Assembly (NCBI GenBank): GCA_027451105.1
Contig: DAIDKB010000020.1
Coordinates: forward strand, 61,395-125,394
Direction of reading: 5' to 3'
DNA from: a bacterium
Lineage (GTDB): Bacteria > Patescibacteriota > Saccharimonadia > Saccharimonadales > Saccharimonadaceae
DNA: 64,000 nt
In this document: positions 24,564 through 34,979 of the stretch, one piece after another
Numbering within the stretch: position 1 is the stretch's first letter
Layout of the letters: each line of letters begins with the position of its first letter
The notes under the pieces: model-generated
The model's input: only the letters and a program-made list of their open reading frames with translations
Database searches by the model: none
Told to the model about the DNA's origin: nothing
Program-made: the position numbers and the translations under genes

Positions 24564-25844
24564 TCAGAGCGCTTCGACAGCGGCAATATATTGGTCACCC
24601 CGATCCGAGTAGTTTTTAAACAGTCCGAAGCTAGCACAGGCTGGACTTAATAATACTACGCCCCCCTTAACCGCCAGGCTACGCGCGCGGGCGACAAAAT
24701 TAGTTGCGGTTGGATTTTCGATGATTTCATAATCAACAAAACCAGCCGCCTGGCAGGCATGAGCGATATTTTCAGCTTCTTCACCGATTAAAATAGCCCT
24801 AGTGTTTTCTTCAGCGGCTAGCTGGCGACCAAGTTCAATAAAATTAGAACCCTTTGATGAGCCGCCCAAAATAATTACCTTTGGCACAGAAAAAGCCCTT
24901 AAAGCAGCGATGGCTGAACTTGGCGTCGTCGCGATGCTATCGTCATAGTAATCCACCCCATCAACCGTACGAACAAACTTTAGGCGATGCGGCAGGCCTT
25001 TAAAGTTTTTCAGACCATTTGTAATAACCTTTATGTCTTGGGTAATTGGCCAGACCGCATCAATTGCGGCGCAGGCATTATCCAGATTATGCTCACCCCG
25101 CAGTTGCAAAGCACTAATTGAACAAATTTTTTGTTCGCCATAATAAAAACTTTTATTGTCAACGTGAGCCGACAAAACACTTGGATAGGCAGCTTTCGTG
25201 GCCTCGGAAGTATCGGCAATTGAGGCTGAATATTGGTTGGCGCCATTATAAACTAGGTAATCTTGATTAGTTTGATGACGGGCTATATTTGATTTCGCAT
25301 TGACGTAATCCTGCATGTCAAAGTGAACGTCAAGGTGTTCTTGCTCGATAAATAGCACTACGGCCGTATGAGGCGAGCGCTTAAGGTCCCATAGCTGAAA
25401 ACTTGATAATTCATACACCACTAGGTCATCGCTGGAAACCTGCGATAGAATATCAAGTGATGGCAAACCAATATTGCCGACCAGCCAGACCTTGCGACCG
25501 GCCGCCTCAAGAATGCTAGCGATTAAGCTGGCAGTCGTCCCCTTACCCTTGCTGCCGGTTACGCCAATAATCGATGCTGGACATTTTTGGAAAAATTCGT
25601 TAGTCGCCGACCAGACCTTTCCATCGGTTTTAATCTTGCGCGGAGCTAGGCCAGCCGTCCTGACGACCAAATCGAAGCCTTTTAAGTTTTTGAAGGCATC
25701 TTCACCAATAATAGTCTTGGCGCCGTCAGGTACCGCGATAGGCTGTCGCTCGTCAATAATCGTAATGTCATTACTTGGATCCGCGCTAAAATAGCGGTAG
25801 TTCGACTCACCCTCTAGACCGTAACCTGCGATTGCAATCTTCAT
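24564..25844 (-). CDS. murD: UDP-N-acetylmuramoylalanine--D-glutamate ligase
   Basis: 426 aa. It is a Mur ligase with P-loop GVTGSKGKGTT and a MurD-like Rossmann N-terminus (IAIAGYGLEG). The alternative would be another Mur ligase. Confidence 0.65.
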   Translation of the reverse strand: MKIAIAGYGLEGESNYRYFSADPSNDITIIDERQPIAVPDGAKTIIGEDAFKNLKGFDLVVRTAGLAPRKIKTDGKVWSATNEFFQKCPASIIGVTGSKGKGTTASLIASILEAAGRKVWLVGNIGLPSLDILSQVSSDDLVVYELSSFQLWDLKRSPHTAVVLFIEQEHLDVHFDMQDYVNAKSNIARHQTNQDYLVYNGANQYSASIADTSEATKAAYPSVLSAHVDNKSFYYGEQKICSISALQLRGEHNLDNACAAIDAVWPITQDIKVITNGLKNFKGLPHRLKFVRTVDGVDYYDDSIATTPSSAIAALRAFSVPKVIILGGSSKGSNFIELGRQLAAEENTRAILIGEEAENIAHACQAAGFVDYEIIENPTATNFVARARSLAVKGGVVLLSPACASFGLFKNYSDRGDQYIAAVEAL

Positions 25845-25853
25845 AGGTCTATT

Positions 25854-27140
25854 CTAGCGCGGGTTGAACAATGTTGCCAATTTATCGTTTAAATCCACTA
25901 ATTCTTGACGCTCGCCACTACTGACAGCCGCTAAAACCCAAGTGTCTTCATCGATAAAGCTTCGCGCCGTTTTTAACATCCGCTCTAACGAAACTTTTTT
26001 AATCATGTCGGGTACGGCTTCATAGTTTTTAATAAAGTCATCAGCAAAGTAACGACCAGTGTAAAAGCTACTAATTTGCGAAACCGTTTGGGCGCCCATT
26101 TGGTAACGACCAAGCGCGAACGACTTGGCGGCGTCAATCTCTTCTTGACTAATCTTGCCGTCTAGCACGCATCGAATCTCGCGAGTGATAATATCGAATA
26201 GCTCGCCAGCCGTTTCGTGATTAACTTGGCCAATGATATCCCAGCTACTGTCGTAATAACCAGCACCGACATGGGCACTAACATTATAGGCTAGACCTTT
26301 TTGACGAGCCGCTCCGAAAATGCGCGAGTTCATTGTACCGGTCAGAATGTGGTTAAGATAATGCATTGCATCCAACTCTTCATCATTTAGCTCACGTCGC
26401 ACCGCCATCGACCAGTTAAAGGTCAGGTTGGTAGCGTCTTTACGTCGAATAATACTTGGATTAGCACTAGTGAGTTCGTCGCGCGGCACTTCAAAGCGCT
26501 CACCCTCTGGCAGCTGAAAATCTTCAATTTGACGACGAATTTCGGCCTTACGACCAGCTAGCTTACCAGCAATCACAAAGCGCATATTGTTAGTGGTGTG
26601 TGTGCGGCGGTGGTGCTCGCGGACGTCGGCTAAGCTAACATTTGGAATAGTCTTGATTGATTGACGATAGGTTAAAACATCCTCGCCCATTAGCTGCTGG
26701 ACGCGTGGCCAAAGCAAGCGATGATGATCATTCAAATAGTTGGTCAGTTCTCCCTTAACATTGCCCTTTTCAGCGTGTAGTTCGGTGTCATTAAAACGCG
26801 GCTGACAAATCGCCAGTTTTTGTAGATCCAAGATACGATCCCACTCAAAATCCGCGCAATCAGCTTCATAAACCATTGATAAGTCGCTAGTGTATGCATT
26901 ACGATAAGCACCGTTTTTAGTAAATTCAGACTCAAAAGCATGCTCTGACTTAAAACGGGCATTGGCGCCAAATGCCATATGCTCCATAACGTGGGCAACC
27001 TGTTCGATATCCTTTGACTTGGCATAGCGGTTACCGGCCCTAAAATGAAACTGCATGCTCATAACAGTCGCACCTGGAACGTCAATTAATAATCCCTTAG
27101 CGCCATTTTTAAGACGAACTTCTTCAACAGTATGATTCAT
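25854..27140 (-). CDS. M16 family (pitrilysin/insulinase-like) zinc peptidase
   Basis: 428 aa with the inverted zinc motif HVMEHM (HxxEH). Confidence 0.8.
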   Translation of the reverse strand: MNHTVEEVRLKNGAKGLLIDVPGATVMSMQFHFRAGNRYAKSKDIEQVAHVMEHMAFGANARFKSEHAFESEFTKNGAYRNAYTSDLSMVYEADCADFEWDRILDLQKLAICQPRFNDTELHAEKGNVKGELTNYLNDHHRLLWPRVQQLMGEDVLTYRQSIKTIPNVSLADVREHHRRTHTTNNMRFVIAGKLAGRKAEIRRQIEDFQLPEGERFEVPRDELTSANPSIIRRKDATNLTFNWSMAVRRELNDEELDAMHYLNHILTGTMNSRIFGAARQKGLAYNVSAHVGAGYYDSSWDIIGQVNHETAGELFDIITREIRCVLDGKISQEEIDAAKSFALGRYQMGAQTVSQISSFYTGRYFADDFIKNYEAVPDMIKKVSLERMLKTARSFIDEDTWVLAAVSSGERQELVDLNDKLATLFNPR

Positions 27141-27170
27141 ATAAGCTTGCTTTCTGCCACCCGGGATTGA

Positions 27171-29795
27171 TTAATGTTTTTTCTTGCGATTTTGACGTTC
27201 GGACTTCTTTTTCTTGCGCGCCACATTCTTTTTGTGATGAACTTCGCTAGCAACGGTTGCTTTTTTGGTTTTAAAGTCGGCGTCACGATTTAGCTCGCCA
27301 CCTGTAATCTCGTTGACACCCTTTTCAACGGCGCTTTCGGCCAGACGAGTTAGTTCGGTTTCATGATCTTCGGTTTCGCGAGCCACAACATCCTGCTTGT
27401 GGACATTAATTACAGCTCGAATCACCTCATCGCGAAGTGTTAACTGTAAACCATCGTAAAGCTTTTGTGACTCACTACGATATTCAACCAGTGGGTCGCG
27501 TTGACCAACGCTACGCCAGTGAATACCTTCACGTAGATGTTGCATGTTTTCAAGGTGTTGCATCCACAAAGTATCAAGTACCTGAAGGTAAACTTCACGC
27601 TCAACTTTACGCATGATTTCAGAGGTTAGCTCATTTTCCTTTTCAGTATAAAGTTCACCGACTGCCTTAAGAGCAATTTCAAAGCGACGCTTGTCGTTTT
27701 TCTCTTCGCCGATAGCTGTAATCTTATCGTTGCCAACCGGGAAAGCGATATCAAACTCTTCAGCAAACTTTTTATTGTTCTTGGCCGGTAGCGAGGTTAG
27801 CTCTCGTAGCTTGGCTCCAATCAAGCGGTCAACTTCGGGTTTAATATCACTGCCTTCAAGAATCTTGCGACGCATCGAGTAAACGGCACGACGATGACGG
27901 TTAATAACGTTGTCATATTGAACAACATTTTTGCGTGTATCAAAGTTGTAACCTTCCACACGCTTTTGAGCGGCTTCGAGGGTTTTTGAAACAGCCTTGT
28001 TTTGAATCGGCGTATCTTCATCGACACCCAATCGATCCATCAGCGCCGCAATGCGCTCACCTTGGAAAATACGCATCAAGTCATCTTCGGTCGAAACATA
28101 AAATTGAGTCTCACCAGGATCACCCTGACGTCCACCACGACCACGTAGCTGATTGTCGATACGGCGCGATTCATGTCGCTCGGAACCGATGACAACCAGG
28201 CCGCCAAGCTCAACGACACCCTTGCCAAGTTTAATGTCGGTACCACGACCAGCAATGTTAGTCGCCAAAGTAATAGCGCCCTTTTCACCAGCTTTTTCGA
28301 TAATGGCAGCTTCGCGTTCGTTATTTTTGGCATTCAAAATCTCATATGGGATTTTTTCTTTATCAAGCCAATCGGCAATCAACTCGTTTTTAGTAATTGA
28401 AGCCGATCCCACCAAAACTGGTCGACCAATCTGGTGATATTCTTTAATCGCCTCGGCCACAGCCTTCAGCTTACCCTTTTCAGTCTTAAAGATTAAATCT
28501 TCCTTATCAATACGCGCTAGTGGTCGGTTAGACGGCACCTGAATAACATCCAAACTATAGATTTGTTGGAATTCTTCGGCTTCCGTAAAAGCCGTACCGG
28601 TCATACCAGACAACTTCTTGTACAAGCGGAAATAGTTCTGGAACGAAACGGTCGCAAGCGTCATGCTTTCTTGCAGAACCGGCACGCCCTCTTTGGCCTC
28701 AATTGCCTGGTGCAAACCTTCGTTGTAACGACGGCCTTGCATCAAACGGCCAGTAAACTCATCGACAATCACAACTTCACCGTCGTTCGTTACGACATAA
28801 TCTTTATCGCGCTTAAACAGCGTCTGAGCGCGCAACGATTGATCAAGGTGATAGACCGAGCGAACATGATCTGGACTGTATAGATTTTTAATGCCCAGAA
28901 TCTTTTGAACTTTTTCGACGCCTTCATCGGTCAGGGCGACACTTTTGCGTTTTTCATCAACGTCGTAATCTTTTTCAGTCAATTTAGCAGCAACTTTAGC
29001 GAATTGATAATAACTGTCTGGGTTCTCAGCGGCTGGTGCGCTAATAATAAGCGGGGTTCTAGCCTCATCAATCAAGATACTGTCTACCTCGTCAACGATA
29101 GCAAAATTAAGTTCACGTTGGCGCAATAATTCAACTTCATTAACCATGTTGTCGCGCAAATAGTCAAAACCAAACTCATTGTTGGTGCCATAGGTAATGT
29201 CAGCTGCATAGGCCTCTTTACGAGTCACTGGGCGCAAGCGCTTCATACGTGGATCGTCGTGATATTCGTTGCTGTAGTCAATATCAAACACAAACGAAGC
29301 GTCGTTAACGATAACACCGGTACTGAGGCCCAAAAAGCCATACAACTCACCCATCCAGCCGGCATCACGCTGCGCTAGATAATCGTTAACCGTCACAACA
29401 TGGACACCCTTTTCTTCAAGGGCATTAAGGTAAACCGGTAGAGTTGCCACGAGGGTTTTTCCTTCACCAGTCTTCATCTCGGCAACATTGCCATCATGCA
29501 GCACCATACCACCAATTAACTGAACATCAAACGGACGCATTTTAAGAACACGAGTGCTGGCTTCACGTACAAGCGCAAAAGCATCGGGAAGCAGCGTATC
29601 TAGCGTCTCGTCTTTCTTTTGTAATCGTTTTTTAAGGACTGCTGTCTGCTTTTTTAGATCAGCATCCGACATTTTGGCATATTTATCGCCTAACGCATTT
29701 ACTTGTACAACTTTTTTCTGTAAAACTTTTAACAGTTTAGTCTGCGGATCACCGAAGATTTTTGTTAAAACCCCTTGCCTACTTACCATAATCAA
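27171..29795 (-). CDS. secA: Preprotein translocase ATPase SecA
   Basis: 874 aa with MKTGEGKTL Walker A, the DEVDSILIDEARTPLIIS DEAD-like box and the TNMAGRGTDI-like NIAGRGTDI. Confidence 0.95.
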   Translation of the reverse strand: MIMVSRQGVLTKIFGDPQTKLLKVLQKKVVQVNALGDKYAKMSDADLKKQTAVLKKRLQKKDETLDTLLPDAFALVREASTRVLKMRPFDVQLIGGMVLHDGNVAEMKTGEGKTLVATLPVYLNALEEKGVHVVTVNDYLAQRDAGWMGELYGFLGLSTGVIVNDASFVFDIDYSNEYHDDPRMKRLRPVTRKEAYAADITYGTNNEFGFDYLRDNMVNEVELLRQRELNFAIVDEVDSILIDEARTPLIISAPAAENPDSYYQFAKVAAKLTEKDYDVDEKRKSVALTDEGVEKVQKILGIKNLYSPDHVRSVYHLDQSLRAQTLFKRDKDYVVTNDGEVVIVDEFTGRLMQGRRYNEGLHQAIEAKEGVPVLQESMTLATVSFQNYFRLYKKLSGMTGTAFTEAEEFQQIYSLDVIQVPSNRPLARIDKEDLIFKTEKGKLKAVAEAIKEYHQIGRPVLVGSASITKNELIADWLDKEKIPYEILNAKNNEREAAIIEKAGEKGAITLATNIAGRGTDIKLGKGVVELGGLVVIGSERHESRRIDNQLRGRGGRQGDPGETQFYVSTEDDLMRIFQGERIAALMDRLGVDEDTPIQNKAVSKTLEAAQKRVEGYNFDTRKNVVQYDNVINRHRRAVYSMRRKILEGSDIKPEVDRLIGAKLRELTSLPAKNNKKFAEEFDIAFPVGNDKITAIGEEKNDKRRFEIALKAVGELYTEKENELTSEIMRKVEREVYLQVLDTLWMQHLENMQHLREGIHWRSVGQRDPLVEYRSESQKLYDGLQLTLRDEVIRAVINVHKQDVVARETEDHETELTRLAESAVEKGVNEITGGELNRDADFKTKKATVASEVHHKKNVARKKKKSERQNRKKKH

Positions 29796-29868
29796 AAATC
29801 CTCACTTAATAGAACTACTGTAAAACACTTCTTATATTATACGGCGATAAGGATGATTGGACAAGCTG

Positions 29869-30246
29869 TTAATCCTGTAATTCGCGCTCATAGCTGCGTT
29901 TGAATCGGCTGAGGATTTTTCGGCCACCAACATGCAAAACAGTTGCCTGTTTATACTTGCGAAGCTGAGCGACGATTTTGGCTTCGACGATGTCAACAGC
30001 AGCTAACATGTTGACTGTTGAATCTTTAGCGGTAATCACCTTATCGGGCACGCTTAGGACCACTTCAACTTCGTATTTATTACCATGGTCCAGGTTAACC
30101 TGTTTTAATTTGACCTCTGCCGAGACGCTAGCGCGAGCTCGCCTAGGAAGGTATCGGTCGAGTCTGCCAATTTTTTTGTTGACATACTTCCTTGTCGTGT
30201 CATCTAGATCGTATTTGATGCCTGTAATTTCAATTGATGCGATCAT
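29869..30246 (-). CDS. hpf: Ribosome hibernation promoting factor (short HPF/RaiA family)
   Basis: 125 aa; ITGIKYDLDDTTRKYVNKKIGRLDRYL is typical. There is a strong AAAGGAGGG SD and a TGCTATAAT -10 upstream. Confidence 0.8.
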   Translation of the reverse strand: MIASIEITGIKYDLDDTTRKYVNKKIGRLDRYLPRRARASVSAEVKLKQVNLDHGNKYEVEVVLSVPDKVITAKDSTVNMLAAVDIVEAKIVAQLRKYKQATVLHVGGRKILSRFKRSYERELQD

Positions 30247-30297
30247 GCTACCCTCCTTTTTGTTTGGTTGGTAGTTATATTATAGCATTAAGTGGCT

Positions 30298-31542
30298 TTA
30301 GATAACTTGGCGACCACTCATGTAGGGCTGCAAAACCGTTGGAACGCGCAAGCTTCCATCTGGGTTTTGGTAGTGCTCTAAAATCGCCACAAGCGACCTA
30401 GCCAGTGATACCGCTGTACCGTTCAGAGTGTGTAAGATTTCAACCGTACCATCTTTGCGACGAACGCGAATATTTAAATTACGTGCCTGAAAATCCGTAC
30501 AGTTCGAGGCGCTGGTTAGCTCGCGGTACATGCCGTCAACCGGCGACCAGTATTCAAGGTCATACTTTTTGCTGGCAGGCGCACCCAAGTCACCAGCTGC
30601 AATATTAATAACATGATAAGGTATTCCAAGCGCTTGCCAAATCTCTTCCTCGATACCTAAAATCATTTCGTGAATGTCACGACTGTTTTCAGGCAAACAA
30701 AAGGCATAAAGTTCGAGTTTATTAAATTGATGCACCCGAAATAGACCGCGGTTGTGCTTGCCGTAGGTGCCAGCTTCTTTACGGAAAGAAGCGCTATAGC
30801 CGGCGTAAAGCAGCGGCAAACGATCTTCATCGATAATTTCATCAGCGTGATAACCGGTAATTGGAATCTCGGCGGTCGCAATTAACGACAGGTCTTCCCC
30901 TTCAATATAATATTCGTCACTCTGTTCGCTAGTGCGTGGCGCAAACCCAGTGCCAGTTGCGATGCGGCTATTGACCAGCGTTGGCACGGTTAAATACGTA
31001 AAGTTTTTCTTGGTAACAAGATCAAGCGCAAACTGCGTAATAGCGTTTTCAAGCAGCGCCAAATCACCTTTCAGGTAATAAAATTTGGCACCAGCAACTT
31101 TTGAACCACGCTCAAAATCAGCCCAATCGCGCTTAGTTGCAAAGTCCAGATGATCAATCGCGCCAGTGGTTTGCTCGCCCCAACGTTTAATCTCGACGCT
31201 GTCCGATTCGTCGCCAAGTGGCACATCGGACTGTAACATATTTGGTACTTGGTACATCAGCTGCAACAATTCATCATCGGCCGCTTTTAGGTCAGTCTCT
31301 AATCCAGCCAGCTCTTCTTTAATGCTACGTGCCGTTGCCACCAATTCATCAGATGGACGACCGCCCTTTAGCTGGCTTGAAATCGTGTTGCGCTGTTCGC
31401 GCAACTCATCGGCCCGCTGCTGCAACTTGCGCTTGGCTTGATCTTTTTTTAGCAAGTCACCAATATCAATGTGGTAACCTTTATTTTCAGCATTCTTGGC
31501 AACAAGTTCTGGATTGTCCCGGATAAAACGAATATCTAACAT
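30298..31542 (-). CDS. serS: Serine--tRNA ligase
   Basis: 414 aa with an N-terminal coiled-coil arm and class II motifs (FRKEAG, GTAVSLARS). Confidence 0.9.
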   Translation of the reverse strand: MLDIRFIRDNPELVAKNAENKGYHIDIGDLLKKDQAKRKLQQRADELREQRNTISSQLKGGRPSDELVATARSIKEELAGLETDLKAADDELLQLMYQVPNMLQSDVPLGDESDSVEIKRWGEQTTGAIDHLDFATKRDWADFERGSKVAGAKFYYLKGDLALLENAITQFALDLVTKKNFTYLTVPTLVNSRIATGTGFAPRTSEQSDEYYIEGEDLSLIATAEIPITGYHADEIIDEDRLPLLYAGYSASFRKEAGTYGKHNRGLFRVHQFNKLELYAFCLPENSRDIHEMILGIEEEIWQALGIPYHVINIAAGDLGAPASKKYDLEYWSPVDGMYRELTSASNCTDFQARNLNIRVRRKDGTVEILHTLNGTAVSLARSLVAILEHYQNPDGSLRVPTVLQPYMSGRQVI

Positions 31543-31568
31543 ATAGGTTTATTGTACCAAATTTCTAG

Positions 31569-32927
31569 CTATTCGGTGCGAAGTGCCTCGATTGGATCAA
31601 GTTTAGCTGCCTTTCGGGCGGGAAAGTAACCAGCCAGCATGGCAACTAGCATCAAAACAATAATCAACAAAATGATTGGGACCGGCTGGAAAATCAGTAG
31701 AACATTACCGTCACCCAAGCTAAGCGTACTAGTAATCCATGGATTAAGCGATAGACCAGCAACAACGGCTATAATTGAACCAATGACGCCACCCAAAAAG
31801 CCAATCCAGGCCGCCTCAAACTGAAACAAGCGACTAACGTGGCGACCACGCATACCAAGCGCTTTCATTAAACCAATCTCACGGGTACGCTCTAGCACCG
31901 ATATGTACTGGGTGTTAATGATACCAAAGACACTAGTGATAAGCGCCAGGATACCAAAGCCAATCACAATCCCCTGCAGAGTGTTAACGATCGTAAAGAG
32001 TAATCCTTGCAAATCTTTGGCTGTCTGCACACCGTAACCCTGGTTGATTAAATCCTGCTTGACGGTAGCTGGATCAATACCCGGCTTGACACTCGCGGTG
32101 GCAATCGTATATTCGTGATAACTGTCGGTGCCGCTGGTACTAAAGTCTGACAGCGCTTTGGCTGAATTATTACTGATCTCAACGCTGGTTGTAGCCGCCA
32201 GTGCTGTAGCCGACTTACCGACAATGGCAACAATCTTGTAGTCGGCATCTTTTACCTGCTTGGTGGTCAGTGCGGCAATAGCCTGTGGGTTATTGGCGGC
32301 AATCGCCTGCTGAATCTGATCTTCAGTGACGCTCGGCGTTCGTTCAAGGTGAATTGTTACCGTCTGGCCGATTGCATCCTGAGCACTTTTAAAGCCAAGT
32401 AGCGAGACGTAGGCTTCCGGCAAGGCAATCTGATCATCAGTAATCGAAGTCCTCAGAGCTGGCAAACTACCCGCAATTACGGTTTGAGTTACGCCCGAAT
32501 CATAGGTCGTGGCGTCCACTGTATATTTTTTCTGGCCTGATCGGGTAATATACTGAGCATTAATGGCATAGGTCGGTGTTATGCTAACAATATCACTACG
32601 CTTGGCAATCGCATCAATGTCGGCCTGGCTAAGGCGCTTCACGAGCGCACCGTTGGGCCGAGCAATCGTACTGCTGCCAGGTATATATTCTTGCGGACCA
32701 GTCTTACCGCCTTCAAAAAAACTTTTATCCTTGGCGATAGCTAATACCTGCGGATCGATGTTACTGGTTAAAAGTGTATTAGCATACTCGCGGGCGCCCT
32801 GACCGGCTGCGAGGGCAATCGTCAAGGTGAACGCTCCGACAGCGATTGCCAGGCTAGTTAAAATTGTGCGGGCTTTAGCGTGTCGTAAGCTGCGGCCAGC
32901 TCGGCGAATAATATCAATCGTTTTCAT
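31569..32927 (-). CDS. ABC transporter permease, MacB/FtsX-like
   Basis: 452 aa. It has an N-terminal TM helix, a large extracytoplasmic domain and a C-terminal FtsX 3-TM bundle. Confidence 0.8.
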   Translation of the reverse strand: MKTIDIIRRAGRSLRHAKARTILTSLAIAVGAFTLTIALAAGQGAREYANTLLTSNIDPQVLAIAKDKSFFEGGKTGPQEYIPGSSTIARPNGALVKRLSQADIDAIAKRSDIVSITPTYAINAQYITRSGQKKYTVDATTYDSGVTQTVIAGSLPALRTSITDDQIALPEAYVSLLGFKSAQDAIGQTVTIHLERTPSVTEDQIQQAIAANNPQAIAALTTKQVKDADYKIVAIVGKSATALAATTSVEISNNSAKALSDFSTSGTDSYHEYTIATASVKPGIDPATVKQDLINQGYGVQTAKDLQGLLFTIVNTLQGIVIGFGILALITSVFGIINTQYISVLERTREIGLMKALGMRGRHVSRLFQFEAAWIGFLGGVIGSIIAVVAGLSLNPWITSTLSLGDGNVLLIFQPVPIILLIIVLMLVAMLAGYFPARKAAKLDPIEALRTE

Positions 32928-33610
32928 TATTTTTCCTCGCTCACAATCTTATCAATCTTACCGTCCTTTATATAAATTCTCATGTCACATTTTGCAGCCA
33001 AATCTTCGTCATGCGTCACGATAACCAGCGTACTGCCGCTTTGTTTATTAAGGCCAAATAGCAATTTTTCAATGGTCGCACCCGTGGTGGAATCGAGATT
33101 ACCAGTTGGCTCATCGGCAAAAATAATTTTCGGTCGATTAACAATCGCCCGGGCAATTGCCAGTCGCTGCTTTTGGCCACCAGAAAGATTGCGGGCCTTT
33201 TGTTTTTCCTTATCATCAATACCAACAACCCGTAGCGCCTCAAGTACTCGTTTTTTACGTTCTCTTACCGATAGATTCGAGATCTCAAGCGGCAACGATA
33301 CGTTGTCGAATGACGACTCGTTAGCCTGAACAAAAAATGATTGAAAAATAAAACCAATTTTTTCTGATCGAAAACGGTCAACTGCCTTGGATTTAAGCTT
33401 TAAAATATCAACGCCATCAATTACTACCTGGCCTTTTTCAGGTCGGTCGAGGCCGCTCATCGCGTGCATCAAAGTTGATTTACCCGATCCAGATTTACCG
33501 ACAATCGCCACACTAGCACCATCCGGTATTACAAAATTAATGTCCTCAAGCGCTAAAAAAGCATTTTGCTTTTTGCCGTAAGTTTTAGTCACACCCTTAA
33601 CTTCAATCAT
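32927..33610 (-). CDS. ABC transporter ATP-binding protein (MacB/LolD-like)
   Basis: 227 aa with GKSGSGKST, LSGGQKQR and IIFADEPTGNLD. Confidence 0.9.
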   Translation of the reverse strand: MIEVKGVTKTYGKKQNAFLALEDINFVIPDGASVAIVGKSGSGKSTLMHAMSGLDRPEKGQVVIDGVDILKLKSKAVDRFRSEKIGFIFQSFFVQANESSFDNVSLPLEISNLSVRERKKRVLEALRVVGIDDKEKQKARNLSGGQKQRLAIARAIVNRPKIIFADEPTGNLDSTTGATIEKLLFGLNKQSGSTLVIVTHDEDLAAKCDMRIYIKDGKIDKIVSEEK

Positions 33611-33647
33611 GGTCCCCCTTTAATCAGGCTATTAGCTTTAGTATAAC

Positions 33648-33678
33648 AAAATAGCCAACACTGCGGTTGGCTATTTTT
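33648..33678 (-). terminator. Bidirectional intrinsic terminator
   Basis: AAAATAGCCAAC, a 6-nt loop, GTTGGCTATTTT. Confidence 0.7.
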
Positions 33679-33696
33679 ATATTTTAAGTAAATCGA

Positions 33697-34254
33697 CTAG
33701 GCGCCAGTGTGAGTCGGCGCGTCTTTGATCCAAGTAATGAAACCGTCCAAATAACGCTTAGCTTCAGCTTCAACATCTGCCTGCAAATTACCGTTTTCAT
33801 CAAACGTCTCATCGGTCACAGTTAAGGTAATCTTTTCGTCAGTGTAAAGCGGTGACTTAAACCATTCAATGATTGACGCCAAAGCGGCTTGGGCGAACTT
33901 AGTACCGTTAGGGCTAATAGTTGCGCCAACAATGCCGGTTGGTTTGCCACCCCAAGAGTTACTTCCCCATGGGCGCGAGCCCCAGTCGATGGCGTTCTTT
34001 TGCACACCAGTTAACGAGTGATTGTACTCTGGAGTTACAAACAGGATAGCGTCAGCGGCCTCGACAACTTCCTTTAGCCTAGTGGCAGCCGCTGGAAAAT
34101 CGGCCTCTAAATCTTGGCTAAATAGCGGCAGTGTCGCAATATCAACATAATCAAATTCAGCTTCAGCTGGTAGCAAACGCTCCAGGTCTTTAGCGAGCTT
34201 GTGGTTTAATGAGTCAGCACGAATACTACCGACAACTACGGCAATTTTAATCAT
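33697..34254 (-). CDS. NADPH-dependent FMN reductase family protein
   Basis: 185 aa with IAVVVGSIRADSLN and FVTPEYNHSLTGVQKNAIDW. Confidence 0.8.
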   Translation of the reverse strand: MIKIAVVVGSIRADSLNHKLAKDLERLLPAEAEFDYVDIATLPLFSQDLEADFPAAATRLKEVVEAADAILFVTPEYNHSLTGVQKNAIDWGSRPWGSNSWGGKPTGIVGATISPNGTKFAQAALASIIEWFKSPLYTDEKITLTVTDETFDENGNLQADVEAEAKRYLDGFITWIKDAPTHTGA

Positions 34255-34384
34255 TATTGCTAGGTCTCCTTTGGGAAATTTAAATTAATTACTATATTTA
34301 GTATAGTACATAGCAACCGCTTGCGTCAAGACTTTTCTAGAATTTAGAGTCGAAATAATTTTTGTGAATTGAGACATAAAATAC

Positions 34385-34415
34385 CAAAATGCCGCCTCGG
34401 CAAACCTGGCGGCAT
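34385..34415 (-). terminator. Intrinsic terminator of greA
   Basis: ATGCCGCC/GGCGGCAT stem, followed on the minus strand by TTTTGG. Confidence 0.65.
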
Positions 34416-34435
34416 TAAAATGGACTAAAAACAGA

Positions 34436-34891
34436 CTAGCCAATGCTGACGATTGTGTAGCTGACGTCGCCTTTTGGCGTTGAGATCGTCGCAATGTCGT
34501 CGACTTTCTTACCAAAGATTGACTCGCCGATTGGTGATTCGTTGCTAACCTTGCCAGCTAGTGGGTCAGCTTCAACTGGGCCAACGACTGTATAGGTAAC
34601 GGTTTTTTCACCGTTTTTAAGCGTAACTTTACTACCAAGTGAAACTTTTGAAGTGCTGCCAGCCTTCATTAAATCAGCGTTTAGCAAAATATCTTCAATT
34701 TCGGCAATACGGCTCTCAAGTAAGCCCTGCTCTTCACGAGCAGCATCATATTCGGCATTTTCACTTAAATCGCCAAAATCACGGGCTTCAGCGATCTTTT
34801 TTGCAATTTCGCCGCGACCAGACTTTAAACTGGCCAACTCTGCTTCGAGTTCTTTTTTTCCTTCGGCGGTAATTTGGTACAGCTTTTTCAT
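34436..34891 (-). CDS. greA: Transcription elongation factor GreA
   Basis: 151 aa with an N-terminal coiled coil carrying DLSENAEYDAAREEQ. Confidence 0.9.
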   Translation of the reverse strand: MKKLYQITAEGKKELEAELASLKSGRGEIAKKIAEARDFGDLSENAEYDAAREEQGLLESRIAEIEDILLNADLMKAGSTSKVSLGSKVTLKNGEKTVTYTVVGPVEADPLAGKVSNESPIGESIFGKKVDDIATISTPKGDVSYTIVSIG

Positions 34892-34979
34892 AATTTATTA
34901 TTCCTTTTTATCATAAATGGTGCTTTTTATAAGACCACAAACACTATATGTAGCGTATATCTATAAACAATACCTACGG

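Noticed and set aside
27691-29129. Multiple 60-106-aa ORFs, on both strands and in alternate frames, within secA. Similar shadows occur inside ileS, glyQS, ftsZ, proS and other long genes.
   Set aside because: They lie entirely within long, well-supported genes and have low-complexity, non-conserved-looking sequences. They are typical shadow ORFs.
34285-34515. 76-aa minus-strand ORF between the FMN reductase gene and greA.
   Set aside because: It overlaps the greA 3' end in another frame and runs through the greA terminator hairpin. It has no SD.
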